Origin: Octopus vulgaris
Lineage: Eukaryota
Assembly (NCBI GenBank): GCA_951406725.2
Contig: OX597815.1
Span: forward strand, 20,212,001 to 20,276,000
Length of the DNA stretch: 64,000 bases
Direction of reading: 5' to 3'
The notes under the pieces were generated by a model. It was not told the origin of the DNA and ran no database searches. It saw only the letters and a program-made list of their open reading frames with translations. How positions within the stretch are numbered: position 1 is the stretch's first letter; each line of letters begins with the position of its first letter. Both the position numbers and the translations under genes were made by a program. Shown here piece by piece: positions 50,211 to 61,464 of this stretch.

Positions 50211-51222
50211 TGTATGTATGTATGTATAAATAAGAGGAATAAGAACACAAATCCAGAAGATGTTCAGATAAGAAATCTTGTTTTTTTTTTTTTTCAGCTT
50301 CGTACATCTAACACCTCTCTTTCTGCACAGATCATAATCCCCTTATTTGTTCTTTTCATTATTCTATCTATTTCATTACATACGTAAACATAGTTTCATC
50401 TTCCATGCTGTAATATTTTAAAAACACACATTTACTATCGTCACTTATTCATTTTATTCAATTTTGTCACATCGTCATTTATTTCTCTAATTTTGTCACA
50501 GTGACTGTGTGGTAAGTAGCTTGCTTCCCAACCACATGATTCCGGGTTCAGTCCCACTACGTGGCACCTTGTGTAAGTGTCTTCTACTATAGCCTTGGGC
50601 CAACCAAAGCCTTGTGAGTGGATTTGGTAAACGGAAACTGAAAGAAGCCCATCGTATATATATATGTGTGTGTGTGTGTGTGTTTGTATGTCTGTGTTTG
50701 TCCTTCCAACATTAATTGACAATTGATGCTGGTGTGTTTACATCCCCGTAACTTAGTGGTTCAGCAAAAGAGACTGAAAAAATAAGTACTAGGCTTACAA
50801 AGAATAAGTCCTGGGGTCGATTTGCTCGACTAAAGGCGGTGCTCCAATATGGCCGCAGTCAAATGACTTAAACAAGTAAAAGAGTAAAAGAGTAAATGTA
50901 AATAATGTAAATAATGTACGTAATTCCTCATCTCTTAAATATAGAACTGTATTTCTATTCAGCTTGTTATCTCAATATTTGAAACTGTGCCATAAGTGAG
51001 GAGGAAGTAATCAACACTGTTGTTAAGGAAATACAGGATAAGTTAATACAATCAAAGAAAAAATTTAGCTCTGTTGAGGAAACGATAAAACATACGAACA
51101 GTCAGAAACAGGTTATTTTGGGCTGTATTAATGACAAAAAAATGATGATGAGAATATGGATAATACTGCTACCATTGCTGCTGATGATAATAATAATAAT
51201 AATAGAAAGACAATCAATTTAC

Positions 51223-51427
51223 CTGTGTTATTTGAGGATAATGACTGATTTGTAGAATTCTGTCTTAGCCCATCACATGTCAATTTAGGTAAATTCTGAT
51301 TGATCAAGTAGTTAAATGGAGAACCTTTTGGCAAATTAATCTTACTCTGCAGCTGTTGATTTACAGATTCATTGTTTTTTGACTGTTTATAGTTGTTTTC
51401 TAGCCATAAAGGCTTCCGGCTTGGTAT
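51223..51427 (-). CDS. HSF5-like gene, coding exon 2 (IPSRKPLWLENNYK...SSNNT)
   Basis: Acceptor TTTGTTCTCATTTATAG, donor CAG|GTAAAT; 205 nt, phase 0 to phase 1; open frame. Confidence 0.78.
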
Positions 51428-53933
51428 CTATAAATGAGAACAAATCAAAGGAATTGAATTTTGCCACACTGGCCAGTTAAAAGCACTGAATTTACAATTT
51501 TTAATATATACCGTTTGGTTTCACTCTTCCTTCATAGATAAGTGGTTAGGAATCAGGAAAGGACCCTGCTGTAAAAACTTCAGCTCAAGTAAATAATAAT
51601 AATAATAGCATGAAAAATTGGATGTAAATTAGGTAAATAGAAAAACGATGAAAATAAACGATTGCTTAGCAAAAACATATTTTAAAGTTACAGTAAACAT
51701 CAAATTATGGTAATTATGGTATTCCTGAGATAAAATCAACCTGCTTACAACTATGAAATGAACATTGCTGCTGCTCTGCTCTGCACTAACATCATTGATC
51801 ACATCTAAATAAAAGCCATTCCACTGATTGGCAATGGTTTATTCACCAACATACTACAAACATTGTGGCTTATGATGCACAGTTTCCTATCTCTGCTATT
51901 TCTATCATTGCCACAATGTTTTGTCTGATCCTCTGAACTAGCAAGCTGTATATGCCCACAAACCCAGGTCCACCTGACCCACCTATCTCTCTCTCTCCCT
52001 CTCATCATTCTAACTCTGACTCACCTCCCTGACCCTACACTTTGCTTAATCTCTTCTTCTCAGAACTGCAATCCCCTACAATTCCACCACATTGATGTGC
52101 AGACACTAACGTACAGACACCTCAGCTAGATTATATTAGCTGCATTGATCTCATTGACTTACAAATGTCCAGTCTAGACAACATTAGCTGCATTGATCTC
52201 ATCAGTCTTGGAGGACCTGCAAAGGTCATGGATACTATCCCTCGTCCCTAATTAACTGTTAACTAAGGGAAAAAATGAAAAATTAAATCTATATATGACA
52301 CCTTGATACATCATAGCCATTTTATGTATAGAGGATTTCCATGGTTGCATCAATTAGACAGATAAGCTCTGGCTCCCACTGGTCATTATATTAGCTGTAC
52401 AAGGAGGAGGTGGTGGTGGTGGTGGTGGCTGTAGTGATGACAACAGTGATAATGACTATGGTGATGCTGATAACAAAACATGTATAATGCACAGCTTTGT
52501 TCATTTTCTCCAATTTAAGAACGGTGTCACTATATCACAGTGTTCATAATACTGTAAAATGTAAGAACATGTTATATCATGTTTTCAGGTTCAGATTAAC
52601 ACTCAGTGATAACACAAATGAAAGATACCACCTCAACTATGAATTAAATATGTCATAGACCATAGACTATAAAAACAAAGTTGAGTTTTATATTTTTAAC
52701 AAATTTCTTGAAATTATTCAACAATTACAAATAAAATGTGTGGTGTGTATCAGACAGTGAACTTCGAAATTGGGTTAAGGTCATAAGCAATCCAGAATCC
52801 AAGGTCTGATGTTGAAGTTCAAACTTTTATTAGTATCTAAATATTTTGTTTCATTCATGCCATACATTATATGTTGATCACAAATACTTACTTCTGGTAT
52901 TTATTCAAATATTTAGAATCTGCATCACTATACAACTTGCAGTATAGAATAGTGAACATTCAATACAGCCATATATAAACAGGTTTCTTTCAATATATAT
53001 TTTCTTAAGAAAACCTATATACGTATTAGTAACAACAACACCTGTAAACTGCTATGGTTTAAAGTGTGTGTAGTAGATAGATTATTATATTTATCTTTAG
53101 CCTATCAATGCCTTTTTTAAGGTTAATTTAACATCTTTATTTCTAACACTGAGTCTTCTTCTGAATAAGGAGCTATTATCATAATGTGAAATAACTTTCA
53201 ATGTATAGGTCTGATGAACACAAGAAGAATCTGTGAAATTTTACATGTCACCTAATAATTTGAAAAAGAAAGCAAAACATTTTCATTAACAAATCAGGAT
53301 ATTAAATACCAAAATTAAATATAGAGAGAAAATTTAACTATAAACATAACTGTAAAGCAGACTTTCACACACCCACCCAAATACGAGAAAGTGGAACAAA
53401 ACCTAAACACAGTTACACAATTCATGAGAAATAGATGCCATGGCACCCTCAAATCTCAAACTACTGTCTAAAAGAATTGAGAATATATTGGCTAAAGTAA
53501 ACTCAAATATACTTTGTCTAAATAAAAGATAAGGCTGCCACAGCTGAAACAATTTAATTAGAGATCTGCTCAACCATGAATGACCTGAGACTAAACAACA
53601 ACATAAAAAGGAAAAACAAGGCAAAGGAAAATATCATGTAGAATTATATAGACTTTGCTATGTTGAACCTGCTCCTCATTTCACTATTATTCAGAAAAAA
53701 CAATCGATTTTAGATTTGATCAGGAATTTTCATTAATTAATTACATAATATGCCCATAATTCAAGAATAGGTTAACATTATCCAGCCATTTTAGTTAAAT
53801 AAATTGTGTTATTGTCATTTAAAATATGTAGCAAGCAATTTTGTAATGTAATTGTGTTAAGTAATGAATAAATTGTAAAAATGTGTGGAACCACAAGATA
53901 AAGCCACTTATTTTGTATATAAACTTATATATA

Positions 53934-54003
53934 AATGGCGGTGCTCCAGCATGGCCACAGCTCATGAGCTGAAACTGGAATCAATCAATCAATCAATCAA
54001 TCA
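53934..54003 (+). mobile_element. Extreme 5'-truncated CR1 insertion (3' tail plus (AATC)n only)
   Basis: GGCGGTGCTCCAGCATGGCCACAGCTCATGAGCTGAAACTGG-(AATC)n matches the ends of the CR1 copies. Confidence 0.85.
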
Positions 54004-55878
54004 TAAACAGTTCTAATAAAATGCTTATCTAAAATCAATTATAATTCGTTGCAGAGGTAAGAGCATTGAACTGGATAGTTTGAAATGTCCTTCTTTATTG
54101 TCCCAAGGTTCTGAATTCAAAATCTGTTGAGATCATCTTAGCCTTTGTTGATTATCTTAGATCAATAAAATTAAGTTTAATTAATTATGTAAAGAGACAA
54201 TGTCTCTAATATATGAGTAACTCCCTATTGTACAACCATAATGATGAAATAAAACTAAAACTAAAACTGAATAACTTCATTTAGAACAAATTTTATAATG
54301 ATAGTAAACAGAGCGTATCAAAAAAAAACATTCTATAGAAAATAGGTTTATAACTTCACTTTAACTCAAATTTTATAGAATATCAGTGAATAGCTACAAT
54401 ATGGTGTTCTTTTTATAGCCTGCATTAAACTTTCTATACTAACTAGTTGTATAGTCTCATGCAAATTCTGAATGCTTTGTATGTCTGGGTCATGTAATTT
54501 GCAGTGAAACTGCAGTCCAGTCATGGCTAGGATGTGTCGCCCTGCGTCCCTCCTGGCTAGATCGGCTGGACCAAGAGAGGGGGGGGGGCTGGGCTTGGGC
54601 AACCCAAGGCCTCCACAGTTCTCTTGCCCAGGATTTAGTAACTCCACCCCCTCTACTTCTTCCAAGTTCTGAGGTGATGGGCGAGTGGTGACGGTGGCAG
54701 GTGCAGGATGGTGCTGGGAGCTGCAAGCCATGGACCTGCACTCGAGCAGTCAGGGCAGGATGGTCGTTCTGCAGGCTACCGGGGCAAGGGCATAGTTCGG
54801 CAGCCACTCTGACGATGGAGCAGCCCACTTCAGGGATAGCACTGCTCCCCCACCCTTAGGAGGAAGGGTCTAGAAAAGGAACCCTAAAGAAAGCTTGCCT
54901 CATTTTTATATGCTGTATGTGTAATTCTCCATTCTTCGTTGTCTTGATACATACACACACACACACACACACATTTGTGTGTGTGTTTCTGTCTGTCTGT
55001 CTGTGTGTTACTGTCATACAAGTAGTGTCATTCATTTCCAACATTCTACAAGAATATGACTGGCTATGAGGAAACACTACCCTACTGGGAAACAGGTAAG
55101 GGTTGGCAACAGGAAGGGCACCTGAGCTCGGAAAATCTGCCTCAATAAACTCTGTTTGGACGACGCAAGCATGAAATAGTGGACATGAAACGATGATGAA
55201 TATAGGCCCAAGGCCAGCAACTTTGGAGGGATGGAATTAGTAAACCAATGCCAGAACTTAACTGATTTATTATTTTATCAAATCCCAAGGGATGAAAAGC
55301 AAAGTTGATCTCAGCAAAATTTGATCTCAGAATGTAATAAGACAGAAGGAATCTTGCAAGACATTTTGTGCAATGCTCTACTGATTCTACCAATCTGCTG
55401 CCCTAAACTATATCAAATAAAAAAATTTTTTTCTTATTTTTTTATGCAAAAACAAAGCTCAATTAACCTAATTATGTAAATCAATTAAAATATTGTCCTA
55501 TATGTTATTTTCTTTCTTAAGTAATGCAAAAGATAGTGTTTTTTAATCAGTCAAAACAAAATAAAGGGATTAATTCTTATAAATTTCTTTCTGTTTTCTT
55601 TGTTTTAATTCATTTTCTATTTTACCAAACTAAGATGGTATGATTTTTCATTTCTTTTTTTTTTATTTGAAAATTCTTGGAATGAAAATTCCAACCACTA
55701 ACCATTCAAACATGTTAGATAGGCTGGTGTAAGGAGGACAAGGTGGATTGCTAATGAGGACCAGAGCAAGTGTGGAATTCAGGATTTTAGTCCAATAACT
55801 TAAACTGAGTGTATTTCTAAACATTGTAATTCATAACTATTTTCAAAAAATAAGAGTAAAAATGAGAGAATTCCTTAC

Positions 55879-56628
55879 CTCCCATGGATGACCTGAAAGT
55901 AAGCTGTCCTCAATAACACATTTAGCTAAAGCACATAAGTTTTCAGTGTCCAAACGTCCACTTGTATCACTTTTTGACTTCTTAGTCCTGGGTCTTTGGA
56001 TTTGGTAAAGAAGTTCTGGATGATCTCTTTGAAATAAAGGATGGTAGTACTCATAAGTCAAGTGTCTTTTGTCAGTAGCTTCCTCTTGACCAGAGTTCAG
56101 TACATGATCATAATAGTCCATCTTATCATAGCTGACAAGATTAGATGAGACATTGCTATCTTGTCCTTGGGAATTTACCTTCTCCGGTGTATATTTGCAA
56201 GGTTCAACTGCTGGATCGTAACCACCTCGGTATATAGCCTTTTTATTTTCTGTTTTCCGACTGGCTAATATCCGTGACATTTTGCGGAAACCATACATAT
56301 TCAGTTGACGAATAAAGCTTCTGAAGTTTTTGGTTTTAAAAGACCAGAAATATATTGATTCATTAGAGGCCATTGGCACCAAAAGAAATGGTGATTTCTG
56401 GGGTATGTTCTCTGTTGAAACTGCTGTTGAGCCCTGTGACGATGGTTTTAAAGATGTAGCCAAATACTGACTTTCAAAATCAGTCTTGTTGATGCGAATA
56501 GAACAGCCATCAGCTCCCCATGAAATAGCACCGGTCTGGCAATGATTAGTGATTCTCCAAAGTTTCACTGGGAAACGGCTAACAACACGGTCACTAACAG
56601 ACTGCTTCAAGGGTAGAAGTTTAGGCAT
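55879..56628 (-). CDS. HSF-type DNA-binding domain protein, HSF5/HSFX/HSFY-like; first visible coding exon (250 codons)
   Basis: RFPVKLWRI...ISW...FKTKNFRSFIRQLNMYGFRK...YYHPLFQRDHPELLYQIQR is an HSF winged-helix DBD. Acceptor TCTCTTTATTTTCAG 17 nt upstream of the ATG; donor GAG|GTAAGG at 55878. Confidence 0.92.
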
Positions 56629-56716
56629 TGTGCTTCTTTTCTTTACTGAAAATAAAGAGATTGATATACTAAGACATATCTATATAAATAATAATGAACA
56701 CACACACATATTTATA

Positions 56717-57045
56717 TATAAATTAAATTAGAGATAACTCAAACAGTGATAGACATAAACCAATACATAAATAACAAAAAATATAAATATAATTAATATA
56801 ATATATAATATATATATAAAATATAAAATTTAAATTTTTAAATTTTTTTTTATTAACCATAAAGTATAAAAGAAGATAAATATAATATAAGTAATATGGG
56901 TTTATGTCTATCACTGTTTGAGTTGCCTAATAGTGGTTTTATCTCTAATTTAATTTATATTTATACTGTGAAATTTGATTTAATCCTAAATCTAATTTTT
57001 GCCTGTAAGTTTGGAGCCATACTCCCAAATATTATTATTATTATA
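56717..57045 (+). mobile_element. AT-rich fold-back element (Penelope-like end with an inverted partial duplication)
   Basis: ~56717-56765 is the reverse complement, with a 16-bp gap, of ~56895-56960; the same family recurs in opposite orientation at 61207-61432. Confidence 0.6.
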
Positions 57046-57525
57046 TATATATATATACATATATTTTTCACGTGCCACCAGCACAAGTGCCAGTAAGGTC
57101 ATGCATGGAGCGTGATCGTTACCTGCGTCACCTTACTGGCACGTGAAAAAACATTCGAGTGAGGTCGTAGCCAGTGCCGCTGGATGGGACTGGCTCCTGT
57201 GGCATATAAAAAGCACCATTTGAGCGTGGCCATTACCACTACTGCCTGACTGGCCTCTGTGCCAGTGGCATGCAAAAGCACCCACTACATTCACGGAGTG
57301 GTTGGTGTTGGGAAGGGCATACAGCTGTAGAAACTCTGCCAGATCAAATTAGAGCCTGGTGCAGCCATCTGGTTCACCAGTACTCAGGCAAATCGTCCAA
57401 CCCATGCTTGCATGGAAAGCGGACATTAAACGATGATGATGATGTATGTATACATACATATGAATGTATATATATGAATATATATATATATATGAATATA
57501 CATATATATATGAATATACATATAC

Positions 57526-57566
<41 letters not shown>

Positions 57567-57567
57567 C

Positions 57568-57652
<85 letters not shown>

Positions 57653-57712
57653 CGTATATATATATATATATATCCCTGTTGCATATATATATATACAAGA
57701 TAATGCTCACAG

Positions 57713-57746
<34 letters not shown>

Positions 57747-57785
57747 TGAAGACTAAAGGCTTGAATGACATGTTCGTACGTATAC

Positions 57786-57872
<87 letters not shown>

Positions 57873-57879
57873 TATATTT

Positions 57880-59680
57880 ATCTAGTTTCAGCTCACGAGC
57901 TGTGGCCATGCTGGGGCACTGCCATTCGGTGTTTCTACATGATTTTACTTCACGGATGCTTTTTAGCTATTGCCATTTCGTACATGAGAGAGTTCAATGC
58001 AGCTGCCCTCATCTGCACCTCCTACTGTGGAGTTGGTTCATCTGGGACACCTGACAGGAAAAGATCCAGTTTTATTTTAAAGACATCTGCATCCACCCCA
58101 TGCAGGTCTCTTAGGTCCTTCGGGAGGATATTGAAGAGCTGTGGACCTCTGAAACCCAGGTTATCACAGTAACTTGTCCTACATCTTGATGGCAAATTTG
58201 GAGTCCTTGGCACTATGCAGTGGTGCCCAGTTCTGGTATTTGTGTAACTCTCGATACCAAAGTTTGGGACAAGTACTTCCAAGATCTTCCAGATGTATAT
58301 TATGGCCTATGTACTAAGGAATAGAGTCAATCTCTTGAGTCTTTCCCAATAGCTTATATGCTGCACAGAGGCCATCTTCTTCATGTAGCTTTGTTGGATC
58401 GCCTCAAGTTCTGTGATTAATTTGACGCTGGATAGTGACCATAGCTGAGAGCAATTTTCAAAGTGGCTTAGGACAAGTGTCCTCCAGAGGACCATCATAG
58501 TCTTCTGGTCTCTTGTTCTAAAGGCTCTAAGAATCCATCCAGTCAGCCGCCTACATTTCATTACCACTTTAGTAACATGCACATGAAAGGTTGCATCATT
58601 ACTCATGTAAATACCCAGGTCTTGCACTGATTGTGCCTCTGGGATTGCAATCCCTCCAGGTCCAGTGTATTTATTGGGTATTGCATTTAGTTTTGCATGC
58701 TGATAGCATAAAGCTTGAAACTTTTCAGCATTGAACTGCATGCTATTCTTTTCAGCCCACTTGTATATTTTGTCCAGCTCACATTGCAGGTGCATAGTGT
58801 CTTCAGAGTTCTGTATTACCTGTGAAACTTTTGTATCATCTGCATAACTTGTGATCGTGGCTCTCTGCGTGGCTGAGGGCATGTCTGAGAGGGCCATTAT
58901 GAACAGTAGTGGTCCCAAAACAGTGCCCTGCGAAACACCGCTCACTATTTGCGTGTTAATGGAGGTGGCCCCATTGGCTACTACCACCTGAATTCTATCC
59001 TTCAGAAAGTCATGAAGCCATTCTCCCAATTTTCCAACTATGCCAAGATCACGCAGTTTGTGACATATCATTCCATGGTCGACTTTATCAAAGGCTTTTG
59101 CAAAGTCGAGATATATCACTTCCACATTTGAGTGGTTGAGCAGTTGTTTCAGCACCCAGTCATAGTGTTGTAAGAGCTGAGTTAGGCAGCTTCTTCCTGG
59201 TTGGAAACCATGTTGGGTGTCAGGCAGCAAGTTATTTTCTTCAAGGAACGCGATTAGTTTCCTTCTGACTATTCGTTCCATGACCTTGCTGATGTGTGAG
59301 GTCAGAGAGATAGGTCTGTAGTTCTTGGCCTCCGCTCTGCTACCTCCTTTATGAATAGGGCATATTTTACCTTCCTTAAGTTTTCTTGGAAGTTTGCCAG
59401 TTGCAAGGAAGCTCTGAAAGAGGAACTGTAGTGGTCTTGCTAGGACTCTCTTACATACTTTTAGAAGGATTGCTGGGAATCCATCGGGGCAAGTAGCTGA
59501 GTTTGGGTTCATTTCATCTATAGCCTTTATTACATCATCTTCCTTTATATTGATGTAATCAATCATCGTTGTCTCTGATTTTATATCTGCAATGGTAAAG
59601 AAGTCAGTTGGATTGCTGACTTGAAAATGCCCTAGGGGTGACGTGGAAATACTTTTGAATTGCTCATTTAGTATTTCACT
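57880..59680 (-). mobile_element. CR1-clade LINE, copy 2 (RT domain and 3' end, 5'-truncated)
   Basis: RT motifs in ORF 58307-60013 from SEILNEQF onward; close similarity to copy 1; (TA)-rich tracts on both sides. Confidence 0.92.
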
Positions 59681-59789
59681 TATATATATACATATATATA
59701 CATATATACATATATATACATATATACATATATATACATATATACATATATATACATATATATACATATATATACATATATACATAAAT

Positions 59790-59822
<33 letters not shown>

Positions 59823-59829
59823 TATATAC

Positions 59830-59864
<35 letters not shown>

Positions 59865-60603
59865 CATGTACATATATACATATATATATATATACATGTA
59901 CATATATACATATATATATATATACATGCATTTATATATACATGCATATATATACATATATATATACATACATGTATATATATACATATATATATACATG
60001 CATATATATACATTTATATATATATACATGCATATATATACATTTATATATATATACATGCATATATATACATATATATATATATACATGCATATATATA
60101 CATATATATATATATACATGCATATATATACATATATATATATATACATGCATATATATACATATATACATGCATATATATACATATATATATATACATG
60201 CATATATATACATATATATATACATGCATATATATACATATATATATACATGCATATATATATACATATATATATACATGCATATATATATACATATATA
60301 TATACATGCATATATATGCATATATATATATACATGCATATATATACAGATATATATATACATGCATATATATACATATATATATACATGCATATATATA
60401 CATATATATACATGCATATATATACATATATATATATATACATGCATTTATATACATATATATATATATACATGCATATATATATACATATATATATATA
60501 TATACATGCATATATATACATACATATATATATACATGCATATATATACATATATATATGCATGTATATATATATACATATATATATATACATATATATA
60601 TGC

Positions 60604-60634
<31 letters not shown>

Positions 60635-60650
60635 CATGCATATATATACA
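59681..60650. repeat. ~970-bp alternating purine/pyrimidine tract with variable TACATGCA(TA)n units
   Basis: Directly visible. Confidence 0.95.
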
Positions 60651-60964
60651 TTATCATCATCATTTAGCATCCGCTGTCCATGCTAGCATTGGTTGGACGG
60701 TTCAACTGGGGTCTGGGAAGCCCGAAGGCTGCACCAGGCCAGTCAGATCTGGCAGAGTTTCTACAGCTGGATGCCCTTCCTAACGCCAACCACTCCGTGA
60801 GTGTAGTGGGTGCTTTTTACGTGCTACTGGCACAGGTGCCAGACAGGGCGGGCAAACGGCCACCAGCACGGGGGCCAGGCGGGGCTGGCAACGGCCACAT
60901 GCATATATATATATATACATCTATATATATATACATGCATATATATACATATATATACACATGA

Positions 60965-60993
<29 letters not shown>

Positions 60994-60999
<6 letters not shown>

Positions 61000-61191
61000 A
61001 TAGAAGGAGCTTCTACAGGACTAGAACTGTTTCATTCAAATGAAATCATCAGGAAGCTTTCTGATGATTTCATTTGAATGAAACAGTTCTAGTCCTGTAG
61101 AAGCTCCTTCTATAAAATAAATTAATTTACTCTGCTATGTATTGAGTACCTTATTTACTGTGGTTAACCCTGACTCAACCCGGGATTTACA
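60994..61191 (+). mobile_element. Second hammerhead-centred palindromic element (126-bp palindrome 60994-61119, one mismatch)
   Basis: Same sequence as 33525-33726; core CTGATGA at 61061-61067; centre AAG|CTT at 61056/61057. Confidence 0.75.
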
Positions 61192-61206
61192 TATATATAT
61201 ATATAT

Positions 61207-61422
61207 AGTAAAATATTAGGGAATAAATCCAAACTTACAAGGAAAAATCACATTTAGGATTGAATCCAATTTTATAGTAAAATATTATATTATATTAAAT
61301 TAGAGATAAAACCACTATTAGGCAAATCATACAATGAAAAACTTAAGCCAATACATAAGATTAATTAATTTATATTATTTAAATTGTATGATTTGCCTAA
61401 TAGTGGTTTTATCTCTAATTTA

Positions 61423-61432
<10 letters not shown>
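61207..61432 (-). mobile_element. AT-rich fold-back element, same family as 56717-57045
   Basis: Perfect 50-bp inverted repeat 61286-61335 / 61383-61432 with a 47-bp spacer. Confidence 0.65.
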
Positions 61433-61458
<26 letters not shown>

Positions 61459-61464
61459 CCTTAA

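Noticed and set aside
58307-60013. 568-aa ORF as an intact novel fusion protein
   Set aside because: The N-terminal ~110 aa are translated (TA)-type microsatellite that happens to lack stops; the rest is a 5'-truncated CR1 RT with a frameshift near its end.
1687-60783. Numerous YI/SIYL/MYVC/HT/KERK-rich ORFs in the ORF track
   Set aside because: Translations of microsatellites, the polypyrimidine array or SINE interiors; no coding signal.
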